Below are positions 37,261-48,095 of a stretch of DNA of 56,020 nt, in pieces. A program made the translations under genes and the position numbers. The stretch is from Thermoplasmata archaeon. Lineage in GTDB: Archaea; Thermoplasmatota; Thermoplasmata; Thermoplasmatales; ARK-15. The notes below the pieces were generated by a model, which worked only from the letters and a program-made list of their open reading frames with translations, had not been told where the DNA came from and made no database searches. Within the stretch, counting starts at the first letter, position 1, and every line of letters begins with the position of its first letter. The stretch covers positions 1 through 56,020 of the forward strand of contig JBMFTB010000003.1 of assembly GCA_049967255.1 (NCBI GenBank). The letters are read 5' to 3'.

Positions 37261-38469
37261 TTAGATCATTGTGTAACCTGTAACAAAAATTGAAATAATG
37301 ATAAGAATCCATGTTGCCCATAGTACCAGATTTGTAGTTTTTGAATTTTTGTATCTGCCAAGCAATTTTTCACTTGATGAAAGTTTAATCAAAAAATACA
37401 TTGGTATAGGAAGAAGAACAGTATTCAACACCATTGCATCTATCATTAAATTGACAAGATCAGGAAATAGTACTGTAAAAAGTGCTGAAGGTACTATTTC
37501 AAGAAAATAAAATGTATAAAAAATCTTTGCCTGAAAGAATTTATAATTTAGGCTTTGTGGCAGATCAAAATAGTCCGCGAGTGACCATGCGGATGAAAGT
37601 GAAATCACTACGCCTGAAAGTATGCCAGCACCCAGTATACCAATGCCGAATAGATAAGGTGAATAGGATCCAGCATATGCGGAAAATACTTTTGAAAGAT
37701 CAAGTATACCTACATCACCGTTCAGTTTTCCATAAAACATGGATGCAGATGTTACCATTATTGCTATCATTAATGATTCGCTTATTATCGCTCCCATAAG
37801 TGACTCTTTTCTTTCATTTTTTAATTCATTTATATCCATTTTTCTGTCTACAACTGCACTTTCATGATAAAATATCATCCAGGGCATTATTACTGCACCT
37901 ATATTTGCAAGAACGAGCGTTATGTAACCAAGGTTTAAGAACTGGGGTGAAGATATTATTGTTGCAAGTGCCTGTGGAGATGGCCTGTTTATTAATGCAG
38001 AGATGAAAAATGTAAATAGTATTAATGTAATATAAAGAAGTACATTTTCAACTTTTTTATAACTACCTCTCATCACTATGAATGTGTGGAAAATTGCAGC
38101 AAGTAAAATTGCAATGGGTATGGGTACACCAAATATAAGACCGGCTGCTCCTATGCCAGCAAATTCACCAACAAAAGCTATTAAATTTATTATTACCATA
38201 GAACCTATTGAGATCATTGAAAGAGATTTTCCAAAATTTTCTTTTATCAATAACCCGAAACCCTTTTTAGTTATAATTCCAAGTCTTGCAGCACTTTCTT
38301 GTACAAAATAGAGAGGTATTATTAAAAATATTAAAAGCCAAGTAAGGCCCAAAGCGTAGTTTGATCCAGATACTAGAGCAGTGAATACACTGGGTGCATC
38401 CACGTCTGCAATCATTACAATCCAGCCTGGGCCTAGTATTGACAGTATTTTTAGCAATTTATTTTGCAT
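37261..38469 (-). CDS. NRAMP-family divalent metal (Mn/Fe) transporter
   Basis: LGPGWIVMIADVD, QE.AARLG..T.KG, GAVIMPWMIFYHES. Confidence 0.9.
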   Translation of the reverse strand: MQNKLLKILSILGPGWIVMIADVDAPSVFTALVSGSNYALGLTWLLIFLIIPLYFVQESAARLGIITKKGFGLLIKENFGKSLSMISIGSMVIINLIAFVGEFAGIGAAGLIFGVPIPIAILLAAIFHTFIVMRGSYKKVENVLLYITLILFTFFISALINRPSPQALATIISSPQFLNLGYITLVLANIGAVIMPWMIFYHESAVVDRKMDINELKNERKESLMGAIISESLMIAIMVTSASMFYGKLNGDVGILDLSKVFSAYAGSYSPYLFGIGILGAGILSGVVISLSSAWSLADYFDLPQSLNYKFFQAKIFYTFYFLEIVPSALFTVLFPDLVNLMIDAMVLNTVLLPIPMYFLIKLSSSEKLLGRYKNSKTTNLVLWATWILIIISIFVTGYTMI

Positions 38470-39110
38470 TCTTTCACCCGAATAACTAGTAAATCATTGT
38501 TGTCCAGTATAAATCTGCCCTTTCTTGTTAAAACTATAGCACCTTCTGAATTTTTCTCTATTAATTTTATATTTTCATTTGGTTTAATTCCAAAGGTTTT
38601 GAATTTTGTAAGAATATTCAGTTCTTCAAATGTGATCCTTTGAACCTTATAGGTAACTTTTAGATCTGCATCAATTAGTCTTATTTCATCTTTTTGCTCT
38701 TTTATTGAAAATGGATTACCGTGCGGGCATGTATTTAAATTTTTTAACTTTTTAAGAATAAATTTTTCAAGTTGGCCGTTAATAGCATGCTCGAAATCGG
38801 ATGATAGAACATGGCATTTTTCCCAAGGTACATTTAAAAAATTATAAAGGAAAGCTTCAGCAATCCTGTGTTTTTTTACAACGTTACTCGCTATTATCAT
38901 TCCCTTTTCAGATAAGACAATCCCCCTATAAGGTATTTTTTTTACCAGACCCATTTTTTCAAATCTATTTATTTCATCATTAACTGCTCCTGTTGAATAT
39001 TTCATAATTTTTGCTAATAATGTAAGGCGTGAAATTCCAAAACTTTCCTGTAGTTCGTAAATTGAAATAAAATAATCTTCCTGTTCTCTTGTTAATTTAA
39101 TGTCAACCAT
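38451..39110 (-). CDS. DtxR/MntR/IdeR metal-dependent repressor with FeoA-like C-terminal domain
   Basis: EDY...IY, KHRIAE.FL, FEH, CPHGNP; start placed at MVDIK (39110). Confidence 0.9.
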   Translation of the reverse strand: MVDIKLTREQEDYFISIYELQESFGISRLTLLAKIMKYSTGAVNDEINRFEKMGLVKKIPYRGIVLSEKGMIIASNVVKKHRIAEAFLYNFLNVPWEKCHVLSSDFEHAINGQLEKFILKKLKNLNTCPHGNPFSIKEQKDEIRLIDADLKVTYKVQRITFEELNILTKFKTFGIKPNENIKLIEKNSEGAIVLTRKGRFILDNNDLLVIRVKECKINC

Positions 39111-39117
39111 AAATAAG

Positions 39118-39135
39118 ATTAATGTTAACATTAAT
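39118..39135. promoter_or_regulatory. Perfect 18-bp palindrome ATTAATGTTAACATTAAT, candidate DtxR-family operator
   Basis: Self-complementary, lies between the putative TATA (39131-39140, minus strand) and the repressor ATG. Confidence 0.55.
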
Positions 39136-39194
39136 TTAAATTTTTTCAATTGAAAGAAAAAAATTATAATGGAGTTATTTTATATGGTAAAATA

Positions 39195-39671
39195 ATGAAT
39201 TTCACATATCTGGAACATTACATTCCTTCCATATTAACAAATTTGTACAGTTTTCTTGTTGGTAAGGAAATTTTTTATGGTATACTAATACTAGCAGTTG
39301 GTATACTTATGATATTTTTTTCAAGATATTTTAAGTATTTATTTTTCTTTTTTTATTTACTGTTCATTTTCATTTTTATTGGTTACTATTCAAATCTTAC
39401 ATCTAAATTCATTTTGAGTTTATTGGTTGCACTTTTAATTTTTATGCCATTCCTTTATTTGGCATTTAAAAATGGTTATTCAATGACAATAATAAATTTA
39501 TTTATGCTAAGTTATTTATTAATACTTTTTCCTTTAATTAAATTTTACATGAATTCTTACATTGGCATTTCTTTAATTGTAATTGGTATATTCATAATGT
39601 CAATTTTGACATTTTTGTTATTCTTATCTTTAAAAAGGAAGATGTTTATTCCTGAAGGTGAAAGGTTATGA
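39195..39671 (+). CDS. Hypothetical multi-pass membrane protein
   Basis: Very hydrophobic, very AT-rich, operon-coupled (ATGA) to the next gene; start uncertain (39150 or 39195). Confidence 0.6.
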   Translation: MNFTYLEHYIPSILTNLYSFLVGKEIFYGILILAVGILMIFFSRYFKYLFFFFYLLFIFIFIGYYSNLTSKFILSLLVALLIFMPFLYLAFKNGYSMTIINLFMLSYLLILFPLIKFYMNSYIGISLIVIGIFIMSILTFLLFLSLKRKMFIPEGERL

Positions 39672-40141
39672 TTTCATTGAATTATATAATTGAATTTTTC
39701 AGAAGCAATAGCGGTGCTTTAATACTTCTAATTGCACTTACCGTAATAATTTCAATGGAGGTCATGGTATATATTCAATCTCTGAGATATATACTAGTTG
39801 GTGCACTATTATCCGGTCTTGTTTTTTTAGGATTGGGAATCCTTTTCTATGGCTATTCATCTGCATACCTTTATTCACTGCTCATTCTAATTGTTACTGT
39901 AATTATTATTCTCATTGGCACATACATTGTTTCATTTATTATTTTTCTTATTTATTTATTTGACATTATGATGATTTTGATAGTTTATTTCTCATTTTCA
40001 ATATACAGTATCTGGACCTGGGTAATATCAGTTGCAATATCTATAGTTATTTATTTCTTAATAAAGCATTTTGAAAAATTGCTGAAAAAAAGACTATTTC
40101 TTTTAGATTCACAAATAAATGAAAGGTCCAGGGGTGAATGA
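39668..40141 (+). CDS. Hypothetical multi-pass membrane protein
   Basis: About 5 TM segments, abuts the CYTH gene. Confidence 0.6.
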   Translation: MISLNYIIEFFRSNSGALILLIALTVIISMEVMVYIQSLRYILVGALLSGLVFLGLGILFYGYSSAYLYSLLILIVTVIIILIGTYIVSFIIFLIYLFDIMMILIVYFSFSIYSIWTWVISVAISIVIYFLIKHFEKLLKKRLFLLDSQINERSRGE

Positions 40142-40663
40142 ATGTTTGAAATAGAAATAAAATCAAGGATAGATGATCCAGATCAGATGGAATATAAAAT
40201 TAAAAAAATAGGTGCAAAATTTGAAATGGAAATAATCCAGGAAGATATTTATTTTAAGCATCCCTGTAAAGATTTTAAAATAACAGATGAAGCCCTAAGA
40301 CTAAGAAAAATGAACAATGAATTTTTCTTAACGTACAAGGGCCCCAAGGTAGATAAAGAAACTAAAACAAGGGAAGAAATAGAATTAAAAACAGATGAGA
40401 AAATTTTAGATTTATTAAAAAATCTTGGATTTTCCATTGCTGGTGTTGTACGTAAAATAAGAAAAAATTACAGAATAAATGATATGGTAATAAGCATTGA
40501 TAATGTAGAAAAACTTGGATATTTTGTGGAAATTGAAACATTTGGGGATTTGGAATCAGGGAAAGAAAAAATTTTAAAAATGGCAAGTGATTTAGGTCTA
40601 AATAGGCTAGAAAGGAGATCATATTTTGAACTAATGGTTGGAGAAAAAGATGGACAGGATTGA
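40142..40663 (+). CDS. CYTH-domain triphosphatase (class IV adenylate cyclase CyaB-like)
   Basis: EIEIK (ExExK), D.YF, ALRLR, TYKGP, V.K.R, FVEIE. Confidence 0.9.
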   Translation: MFEIEIKSRIDDPDQMEYKIKKIGAKFEMEIIQEDIYFKHPCKDFKITDEALRLRKMNNEFFLTYKGPKVDKETKTREEIELKTDEKILDLLKNLGFSIAGVVRKIRKNYRINDMVISIDNVEKLGYFVEIETFGDLESGKEKILKMASDLGLNRLERRSYFELMVGEKDGQD

Positions 40664-41639
40664 ATTCATTGACCTAACAAAAAAATACTACCTTGGTGAA
40701 ATGAAGGATCATGAAGTATACGCAAGATTATCCAGGCTTGAAAGAAATAATGAATTTAAAAATTCCCTTAGCAATTTATCTAGGGTAGAAAGGGAACATG
40801 CAAAATTCTTCTCACAGCTTTTGAAAAAGCAAGGAATTAACGTTGAAAATGAAAAAGTGAGCAAGATTTCAATTTCGTTTTCAATATTCTTAAGATACAT
40901 ATTAGGTCTATCACTCACGCTGAAAATATTAGAAAGAGGAGAATCGGATGCTATAAAAAAATATATTGATTATCTGAAGAATTCAGACCTGGACGAAAAT
41001 GATAAAAAGCTCTTGAAGAACATAATCATTGATGAAATGTTTCATGAGGATTTCTTCGAAGAAAGTGAAGAAAAGGTAGCAAAGAGAACAGAAAAAATAA
41101 GGGATGCTGTCTATGGCATGTCCGATGGTCTTGTTGAAGTGCTAGCCTCCGTTGCTGGTCTTGCACCTGTTCTATTGAAATCCATATTTGTTGCTATAGG
41201 CGGTCTTGTCGTAGGAATATCTGGAAGTTTGTCAATGGCCATAGGCGCATATCTATCCGTTAAGGCACAAAGGGATTACAGTGATTCTAAAATAAAACTG
41301 GAAAGAATTAAAGAAGAGATAAAGGGAGAGAAAAAAAATGAAGAAGAGGAAAATTTTTCAAATCCATTATCATCAGCAATTAACACTGGACTTTTTTACA
41401 TAATAGGCGCCATGTTTCCTATTTTACCATTCTTCTTCATGGGTGGCATTTATGCCCTTGTACTTTCATTTTCACTTGTTGTAATATCCCAATCCATTAC
41501 GAGCATTATCATATCAATACTTTCAGGAACGCCAATATTAAAAAGTCTATTGAGGACTGTAACTTTAACCGTTTTAGCAGCTATAGGCACGTATGTAATA
41601 GGAAATATTATACATTCTGTAATCGGAATAAGCATCTGA
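40650..41639 (+). CDS. Rubrerythrin/ferritin-like domain fused to VIT1/CCC1 membrane domain (MbfA-like iron exporter)
   Basis: ExxH motifs (EREH, EMFHE); RDAVYGMSDGLVE, SGSLSMAIGAYLS. Confidence 0.87.
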   Translation: MDRIEFIDLTKKYYLGEMKDHEVYARLSRLERNNEFKNSLSNLSRVEREHAKFFSQLLKKQGINVENEKVSKISISFSIFLRYILGLSLTLKILERGESDAIKKYIDYLKNSDLDENDKKLLKNIIIDEMFHEDFFEESEEKVAKRTEKIRDAVYGMSDGLVEVLASVAGLAPVLLKSIFVAIGGLVVGISGSLSMAIGAYLSVKAQRDYSDSKIKLERIKEEIKGEKKNEEEENFSNPLSSAINTGLFYIIGAMFPILPFFFMGGIYALVLSFSLVVISQSITSIIISILSGTPILKSLLRTVTLTVLAAIGTYVIGNIIHSVIGISI

Positions 41640-41640
41640 T

Positions 41641-43593
41641 CTATTTTTCTGTAAATCTCCTTCTTGAAGTAAAAGGTGTAAATGGCTTTCCATTTCCATG
41701 GAAAAACTTTGAGAAGAATTCAACATAATGCAACCTTGCTCCTTGAATGCCGGGTTCAAAAATTGCAATCAGAATGTTTGTGCCATGACCAATGATAAGT
41801 ACAAGGAATGCAATAATAATATGTGATGGCACACCATAATGAAGCGCTTTTATGAAAATATTATCAAGTACATAAGCCAAGATTACAGATGCAAGAAGAA
41901 CACCCATTATCCTCGTGAATGAAAGGATGTGGCTAATGATAGATGCCATCTCCATTATTGAAAAAATACCTTCACCGAATAGAAGTAATGCAACACCTAT
42001 TCCAAGCAGGGGGATGCTCACATAAACACCTATGAAAAAATTCACAGGTGGCCATTTGAGAAGCCATAATCCAAGTAATGTGAATCCCCATGTGATGAAT
42101 AACCAGCCAATTCTTCCATACATTTCCTTAATATGGTTCTTCCCATTTTCACCATAGTATTTATACATCGTGTAATGATTAATTGCGCCGAGGACAAGAC
42201 CATACGTTACATAAATCACACCTATCCAGGCCGTTATGAGCAAAAGCTTTGAAACATCGTGTATGGGATCAAGAATTGGCCTGTAGGGCAGTGAAAGACC
42301 GAAGTATTCGTTGAAAATTATACCAAAAATTATGCCTATAGCAGACCCCCATATCATGGCTCTAGCTAGTCTGCTCCAGCTCCAGTTTGACATCATAGTT
42401 CTACCAAAGCTTGATATAGCCCTAGGAAGCCTGCTTTTTTTGGGCGGGTTCGTAACACGCTTTAAAAGCCATATACTAAAAAGTAGTATAACAATACCAT
42501 AACCTACATCTCCTAGCATAAACCCGAAGAAAATTGGAAAAACAATTGAGAATATTATTGTAGGGTCAAATTCTAAAGAATTTGGTAATGAATAAAAATT
42601 GATAAAGAATTCAAAAAATTTTACTGGCTTAGGATTTTCAAGCAATGTCGGTGGTTCTTCGTTTGTTTTAAGAATAGAGAATATTACCATTCTGCCTGTT
42701 AAATTTTCAAGGTCGTTTTTTATTTTTTCAATTTGCCTCTCAGGTATCCAGCCCGTTATTGCAAATGTTTTATCCCCCATCCCAAATTTAACATTTATTT
42801 CAAGCTTTTTAACATAAATTTCAAGTTCTTCAGCTATTGCACATACAATTGGATAATATTCATCAGAAATTTTCTCCAGCTCTTCTTTTAAATTCCTTTC
42901 TTCTTTTTCTATTCGATTGAGCTCCTCCTCAAGTAATTTTATTTCATTATCGGTTGTATCATTAAGCCTTGAAAGTTGATAAATGATGGGTTTAAATTTA
43001 TTTACAGTCTCCATAACCTTTGTTTCTTCAATTCTTGGTCCTGTTACAATAAATTCAATGTAATGGTCTCCAGCTACCTTAAAAAGAACATTTTCAATGG
43101 AAGAAAGCTCTTTTACAAGATCATCCCTGTATTCAACACCCGTTCTGCCTATAATGAAAAATATTGATTTTGAATTTAAGTTTATGGCATCTATGCTCAG
43201 GTTTTTCAGAATTTTAAGGCTTTCAAGGTCGTTTTCAATCGCCTTCCTGTTTGTTTTGAGTTTTTCTAGCCTATCCCTTATCCTGTTTATTTCACTGTCT
43301 ATATTGACAGAACCTATTGCATTTTTCAAATCCTCATATACATTAAACCTAAATTTTTTATTTGCATTGCGCGGAGATAAATACTTTTCAAGACCCTTAA
43401 ATCTAACAAGCTGTTCACTTATTTCCCTGTAATTGGATGGCACAGTACCCTGTGATAAATATGAAAGTATTTCTGGGCCGACATTTTCTATCTGTATAGC
43501 ACCTATGTCATGAAAATAATCTATTATTTTATCCCTGTAATCAAGTAGAGATATTACGGATATTTTAACGAGTTTTACAGGTCTCAGGACCAT
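41641..43593 (-). CDS. atpI: A-type ATP synthase subunit I (a)
   Basis: PPTLLENP, DPT, FGFMLGDVGYG, LSFTR..G, RLHYVEFFSKF. Confidence 0.93.
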   Translation of the reverse strand: MVLRPVKLVKISVISLLDYRDKIIDYFHDIGAIQIENVGPEILSYLSQGTVPSNYREISEQLVRFKGLEKYLSPRNANKKFRFNVYEDLKNAIGSVNIDSEINRIRDRLEKLKTNRKAIENDLESLKILKNLSIDAINLNSKSIFFIIGRTGVEYRDDLVKELSSIENVLFKVAGDHYIEFIVTGPRIEETKVMETVNKFKPIIYQLSRLNDTTDNEIKLLEEELNRIEKEERNLKEELEKISDEYYPIVCAIAEELEIYVKKLEINVKFGMGDKTFAITGWIPERQIEKIKNDLENLTGRMVIFSILKTNEEPPTLLENPKPVKFFEFFINFYSLPNSLEFDPTIIFSIVFPIFFGFMLGDVGYGIVILLFSIWLLKRVTNPPKKSRLPRAISSFGRTMMSNWSWSRLARAMIWGSAIGIIFGIIFNEYFGLSLPYRPILDPIHDVSKLLLITAWIGVIYVTYGLVLGAINHYTMYKYYGENGKNHIKEMYGRIGWLFITWGFTLLGLWLLKWPPVNFFIGVYVSIPLLGIGVALLLFGEGIFSIMEMASIISHILSFTRIMGVLLASVILAYVLDNIFIKALHYGVPSHIIIAFLVLIIGHGTNILIAIFEPGIQGARLHYVEFFSKFFHGNGKPFTPFTSRRRFTEK

Positions 43594-43910
43594 TATTTTT
43601 CCTCCAATATGGATTTTGCTAAATCTTCAACATACTCCTTTTCTATGGATATCTTTTCCAACCTTTTCATTTTTTCATCCCATTCTTTTTTTAATTTTGA
43701 AATCTCTTTTTCAATCATCGCGTTGTAATCATTTTCAAGATTAAGCTTAATTGACTCAAGCTCTTTTTCTGCATTTTTTAAGATTTCTTCAGCCTTTTTC
43801 TTAGCATCCTCTATCTTTGCCATGGATCGTTCATTCTCTTCCCTAATCATTCTTGATACTTCCTCTTCAGCCTTTCTGATTCTTTTTAATTCTTCATTTA
43901 CATCGGCCAT
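43593..43910 (-). CDS. atpH: A-type ATP synthase subunit H/G (peripheral stalk)
   Basis: L..IRKAEEE, charged coiled coil, GGTGA SD, coupled to atpI. Confidence 0.8.
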   Translation of the reverse strand: MADVNEELKRIRKAEEEVSRMIREENERSMAKIEDAKKKAEEILKNAEKELESIKLNLENDYNAMIEKEISKLKKEWDEKMKRLEKISIEKEYVEDLAKSILEEK

Positions 43911-44006
43911 TCAGATCACCATTAACATTAATACTGTGAGTATTGCAACCATACCAACGAATAGGTTAATCTTCCACAGGTTCCTAATCAACCAAAGTTT
44001 CAGCAT
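43911..44006 (-). CDS. Candidate 31-aa single-TM microprotein [31 protein letters not shown] (not in ORF track)
   Basis: ATG at 44006 with GGAG upstream; TGA abuts the atpH ATG; fills the atpD-atpH gap; hydrophobic C-terminal half. Confidence 0.35.
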   Translation of the reverse strand: MLKLWLIRNLWKINLFVGMVAILTVLMLMVI

Positions 44007-44637
44007 TTTCCTTTTTCTCCAAATTACTTTTTATTTTTTTAAGTGTAACAAAAGTATCCCTTTCCATTTCATCAAATTTCATTTTCAAATACGTTGCCTG
44101 TTGTTCTATGTTTGGTATCAATACCTTTTCTATTGCATTAGATCTTCTGTTTGTTTTTTCAATCTCCGCAAGTAATTTTTTGATGGAATTTTCAGTTTCA
44201 GCAATTTCAAGTATTATATTATGGTAATTCTCAAAATCCTTTATGATCTGGTCTATTTTTGCAGAAAAGCCAACAAGCCTGTAGCTCGTATTTACAAGAT
44301 TTTCAAAAGAGGATCTACCTAGTTCAGGAATCCTTATTCCCATTACGTTTTTCGTCTTTATGGAAATGCCAGACATCTTTCTTACCATCATAGTTGCGCT
44401 TTCTAGGCCAACTGTACCATGGTATATTTCAGCAATTTTGACAGTTTCATACGCCCTTGTGGCAGCCTTTTCAAGGTCAGTTCTTAAATTCTTTGATTTT
44501 TTGATCAATTTTAAGAATTCCATTACAAGGGCTGCCCTTTTCAATTTTAAAAGATCAAGTCCCCTCTTTGCTAAAATAATCCTTTTTTTAAGTTTAAGCA
44601 ATTCCATCCTTGTTGGCTTAACGTTCTGCAGTGCCAT
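43984..44637 (-). CDS. atpD: A-type ATP synthase subunit D
   Basis: [32 protein letters not shown]; start at MALQ. Confidence 0.93.
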   Translation of the reverse strand: MALQNVKPTRMELLKLKKRIILAKRGLDLLKLKRAALVMEFLKLIKKSKNLRTDLEKAATRAYETVKIAEIYHGTVGLESATMMVRKMSGISIKTKNVMGIRIPELGRSSFENLVNTSYRLVGFSAKIDQIIKDFENYHNIILEIAETENSIKKLLAEIEKTNRRSNAIEKVLIPNIEQQATYLKMKFDEMERDTFVTLKKIKSNLEKKENAETLVD

Positions 44638-46015
44638 TTCCTGTCCTAAACCTCCTTCCATACTTTTCTATATGATCCTTCTTTACCCTTTTTAATTCGC
44701 TCTCAGGGATGCTTGCGAGCAACTTCCATCCTAGATCAAGTGTTTCTATGATTGTCCTGTCCTCATCCTTCCCCTGACCTATGAAGCTTTTTTCAAAAAC
44801 ATCCGCAAATTTCAGGAATTGCCTATCCTCGGGTGTAAGTGCTCCTTCTCCAACAATTGCACTTAGGCTTCTAAGATCCCTGCCCCTAGCATATGATGAA
44901 TAGAGCTGGTCGGCTACACCTCTGTGATCTTCTCTCGTTTTACCCTTACCTATGCCCTGGTTCATAAGCCTTGAAAGGCTCATTAGCACATCTATCGGTG
45001 GATAGACACCCCTGTGGAAAAGATCCCTTGATAAAACTACCTGACCTTCCGTAATATATCCAGTTAGATCAGGAATAGGGTGCGTTATATCATCCCCGGG
45101 CATTGTAAGAATAGGAAATTGAGTAACTGAACCTTTCTTTCCCTTTATCTTTCCTGCCCTTTCGTAAAGTGTTGCAAGGTCTGTATACATATACCCTGGA
45201 TAACCCCTTCTTCCCGGTACCTCTTCCCTTGCAGCTGATATTTCCCTTAGCGCCTCACAGTAATTTGTCATATCGGTTAATATAACAAGTACATGCATAT
45301 CCTTTTCAAAAGCAAGATATTCTGCTGCTGTAAGTGCCATCCTAGGTGTTATTATCCTTTCCATGCTTGGGTCTGATGCAAGATTGAGAAACATTACAGA
45401 CCTTTCAAATGCACCAGTGCTCCTGAAATTATCAATGAAGAAATACGCTTCCTCACTTGTGATACCCATTGCAGCAAATATTACTGCAAAGTTTTCACCC
45501 TCACCGAGAACCTTTGCCTGCCTTGCTATCTGTGCAGCAATATCATTATGTGGCAGGCCAGATCCAGAAAATATAGGAAGTTTCTGGCCTCTTACAAGCG
45601 TGTTCATGCCATCAATTGCCGATATACCTGTCTGGATGAATTCGGATGGCTCATCCCTCGCATAAGGGTTTATTGCGTAACCAACTATTTCCATTTTTTC
45701 CTTAGATAGCAGTGGTCCTCCACCATCTCTTGGATTTCCTAAGCCATCAAAAACCCTGCCAAGCATTTCATCGCTAACTGGTAATCTAACTATATCCCCC
45801 AAAAATTTTACAGATGTATTAGGAACATCAAGCCCTGTTGTTGGACCAAACACCTGAACAATGGCCAGACCTTTCCTCGTATCAAGGACCTGACCACTTT
45901 TTTTCTCACCATTAGGAAGAGTAATTTCTACCATTTCATTGTAACCTGCGTTTTCTACATTTTCAACAAAAATCAGAGGACCTGAAATCTGGCTTACCGT
46001 CTTATATTCAAGCAT
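44618..46015 (-). CDS. atpB: A-type ATP synthase subunit B
   Basis: [41 protein letters not shown]. Confidence 0.97.
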   Translation of the reverse strand: MLEYKTVSQISGPLIFVENVENAGYNEMVEITLPNGEKKSGQVLDTRKGLAIVQVFGPTTGLDVPNTSVKFLGDIVRLPVSDEMLGRVFDGLGNPRDGGGPLLSKEKMEIVGYAINPYARDEPSEFIQTGISAIDGMNTLVRGQKLPIFSGSGLPHNDIAAQIARQAKVLGEGENFAVIFAAMGITSEEAYFFIDNFRSTGAFERSVMFLNLASDPSMERIITPRMALTAAEYLAFEKDMHVLVILTDMTNYCEALREISAAREEVPGRRGYPGYMYTDLATLYERAGKIKGKKGSVTQFPILTMPGDDITHPIPDLTGYITEGQVVLSRDLFHRGVYPPIDVLMSLSRLMNQGIGKGKTREDHRGVADQLYSSYARGRDLRSLSAIVGEGALTPEDRQFLKFADVFEKSFIGQGKDEDRTIIETLDLGWKLLASIPESELKRVKKDHIEKYGRRFRTGNGTAER

Positions 46016-46019
46016 TACC

Positions 46020-47762
46020 TTACACCCCCTTCAATGTTCTGAATTCATTTCTAATCTGTTCCATTATTGAACTAATCTGGTCAAGGTTTTCTTCCCTTAT
46101 TTCTTTCATTCTTGAAATCTGATCCCTGACCTTCATGGTTAGAATTGATTTCAAGGCCATGCCTGATGCTATTGCTTCCATTGCATTATCATGGAAAAGT
46201 AGAATTGCTTTGAGCATAAGATTCTGCTTTTTCAAAGAACAATATGTATCAACTTCATCAAATGCACTCTGCTGCAAATAATCTTCTCTTATCATTTTTG
46301 CAGTATCAAGTATTACTCTTTCTCTATCGGGCAGTGCATCTGGACCTACAAGCTGAACTATTTCCTGAAGTTCTTCCTCCTGCTGAAGCAGTGCCATGGC
46401 CCTGTCTCTGATCGTATTCCAGTCCTGGCTAACATTTTTTGAAAACCAGGATCCAACGGTAGTATGGTATTGTGAATAACTTGTTAACCAGTTAACGGAT
46501 GGAAAATGTCGTCTGTTTGCAAGGGAAGCATCAAGCGCCCAGAACACTTTAGTGAGTCTGAGCGTTCCCTGAGAGACGGGTTCAGATGTATCACCTCCCG
46601 GAGGCGATACTGCACCAACAATAGTAACAGAACCCTGCGTGCCATTTAAATTTATTACCCTTCCTGCCCTTTCATAAAATTCTGCAAGTCTTCTGCTCAG
46701 ATATGCAGGATATCCTTCTTCTCCTGGCATTTCCTCTAATCTGCCTGATATTTCTCTCATTGCTTCTGCCCATCTGCTTGTACTGTCCGCCATTAATGAA
46801 ACATCGTAGCCCATATCCCTGTAATATTCTGCTATTGTTACGGCGGTATATACACTCGCTTCCCTTGCAGCAACAGGCATGTTACTCGTGTTAGCTATCA
46901 GGACAGTTCTGTCCATCAAAGGCCCCTTTGTTTTAGGATCTATTAATTCAGGAAATGTGACAAGAACCTCAGTCATTTCATTTCCTCTTTCACCGCATCC
47001 TACATAAACAACAATGTCTGTATCTGACCACTTTGCCAGTTGATGCTGTATTACCGTTTTTCCGCTTCCAAATGGTCCAATAACACAAGCTGTGCCACCC
47101 TTCGCAACAGTGAAGAACGTATCTATAACCCTCTGGCCGGTGATAAGTGGTGTTGTTGGAGGAAGTTTTTCTTTAATTGGTCTTGGAAATCTAACGTTTG
47201 ATTTTTCAGAAAGACCTAGGTTTATATTCTTACCATTCATTTCAACAGAATAAACATTATCCCTTATGGTGAATTTACCTGATTCAATGCCTGACAATTT
47301 ACCCCTAATGCCTGAAGGAACCATAATTTTTGTTTTAATTGTCTGTGATTCCTGAACATAGCCAACTACACTTCCGGGTAAAACATCGTCACCAGTTTTG
47401 GCAGTAGGAACAAAATCCCACTTTTTATCTATATTCAGAGCATTTGCAGTAATGCCCCTTTTAATAAAATTACCACTTTTTTCCTTTATTACCTGTAGAG
47501 GCCTCTGTACACCATCATATATGCTCCTTAATAAGCCAGGACCAAGTTCAACAGAAAGAGGCATGCCTGTATTAACCACCTTATCATTTGGTTTTACACC
47601 GCTTGTATCTTCATATACCTGAATAATTGAGCTGTTTCCAGTAATTCTTATAATTTCACCTACAAGCCCTTCTTCACCTACAAGAACAACATCGTACATC
47701 TTTGCATTTTCAACGTTCTTTGCAACAACAACAGGTCCAGAAACCCTGTAGATTAAACCCAT
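46020..47762 (-). CDS. atpA: A-type ATP synthase subunit A (no intein)
   Basis: [28 protein letters not shown]. Confidence 0.97.
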   Translation of the reverse strand: MGLIYRVSGPVVVAKNVENAKMYDVVLVGEEGLVGEIIRITGNSSIIQVYEDTSGVKPNDKVVNTGMPLSVELGPGLLRSIYDGVQRPLQVIKEKSGNFIKRGITANALNIDKKWDFVPTAKTGDDVLPGSVVGYVQESQTIKTKIMVPSGIRGKLSGIESGKFTIRDNVYSVEMNGKNINLGLSEKSNVRFPRPIKEKLPPTTPLITGQRVIDTFFTVAKGGTACVIGPFGSGKTVIQHQLAKWSDTDIVVYVGCGERGNEMTEVLVTFPELIDPKTKGPLMDRTVLIANTSNMPVAAREASVYTAVTIAEYYRDMGYDVSLMADSTSRWAEAMREISGRLEEMPGEEGYPAYLSRRLAEFYERAGRVINLNGTQGSVTIVGAVSPPGGDTSEPVSQGTLRLTKVFWALDASLANRRHFPSVNWLTSYSQYHTTVGSWFSKNVSQDWNTIRDRAMALLQQEEELQEIVQLVGPDALPDRERVILDTAKMIREDYLQQSAFDEVDTYCSLKKQNLMLKAILLFHDNAMEAIASGMALKSILTMKVRDQISRMKEIREENLDQISSIMEQIRNEFRTLKGV

Positions 47763-47768
47763 AATGAT

Positions 47769-48095
47769 TCACGCTCCAATATCTATCCCAAGTACCCTTT
47801 TTACAATTTCCTTTAGCACCTCTTCCTCACCCTTTTTAGTTTTTACCTGTGATGGAATAAAAACAACAAGAGGTTTTGTTAAAAACTCAATTTTCTCCAG
47901 ATCTGCATTGGCTAAATGATCTCTTATAAAATCAGATGCAATTATTATACCCACATCTTTTCTGCTTAAGAGAGAATTTAATTTTACTGCACAATCCTTT
48001 TCATCAACTATGTAACATTCGGAACAACCAATCAACCTATAACCCAGGACAAGTTCCCTTTCACCTATGACAACAATTTTGTATGTTTCTTCCAT
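47769..48095 (-). CDS. atpF: A-type ATP synthase subunit F
   Basis: IVVIGERELVLGYRLIG, DVGIII, operon position. Confidence 0.88.
   Translation of the reverse strand: MEETYKIVVIGERELVLGYRLIGCSECYIVDEKDCAVKLNSLLSRKDVGIIIASDFIRDHLANADLEKIEFLTKPLVVFIPSQVKTKKGEEEVLKEIVKRVLGIDIGA

Noticed and set aside
46020-47762. Possible intein in atpA, as in some Thermoplasma
   Set aside because: 580 aa with contiguous GPFGSGKTV and GCGERGNE motifs; no insertion
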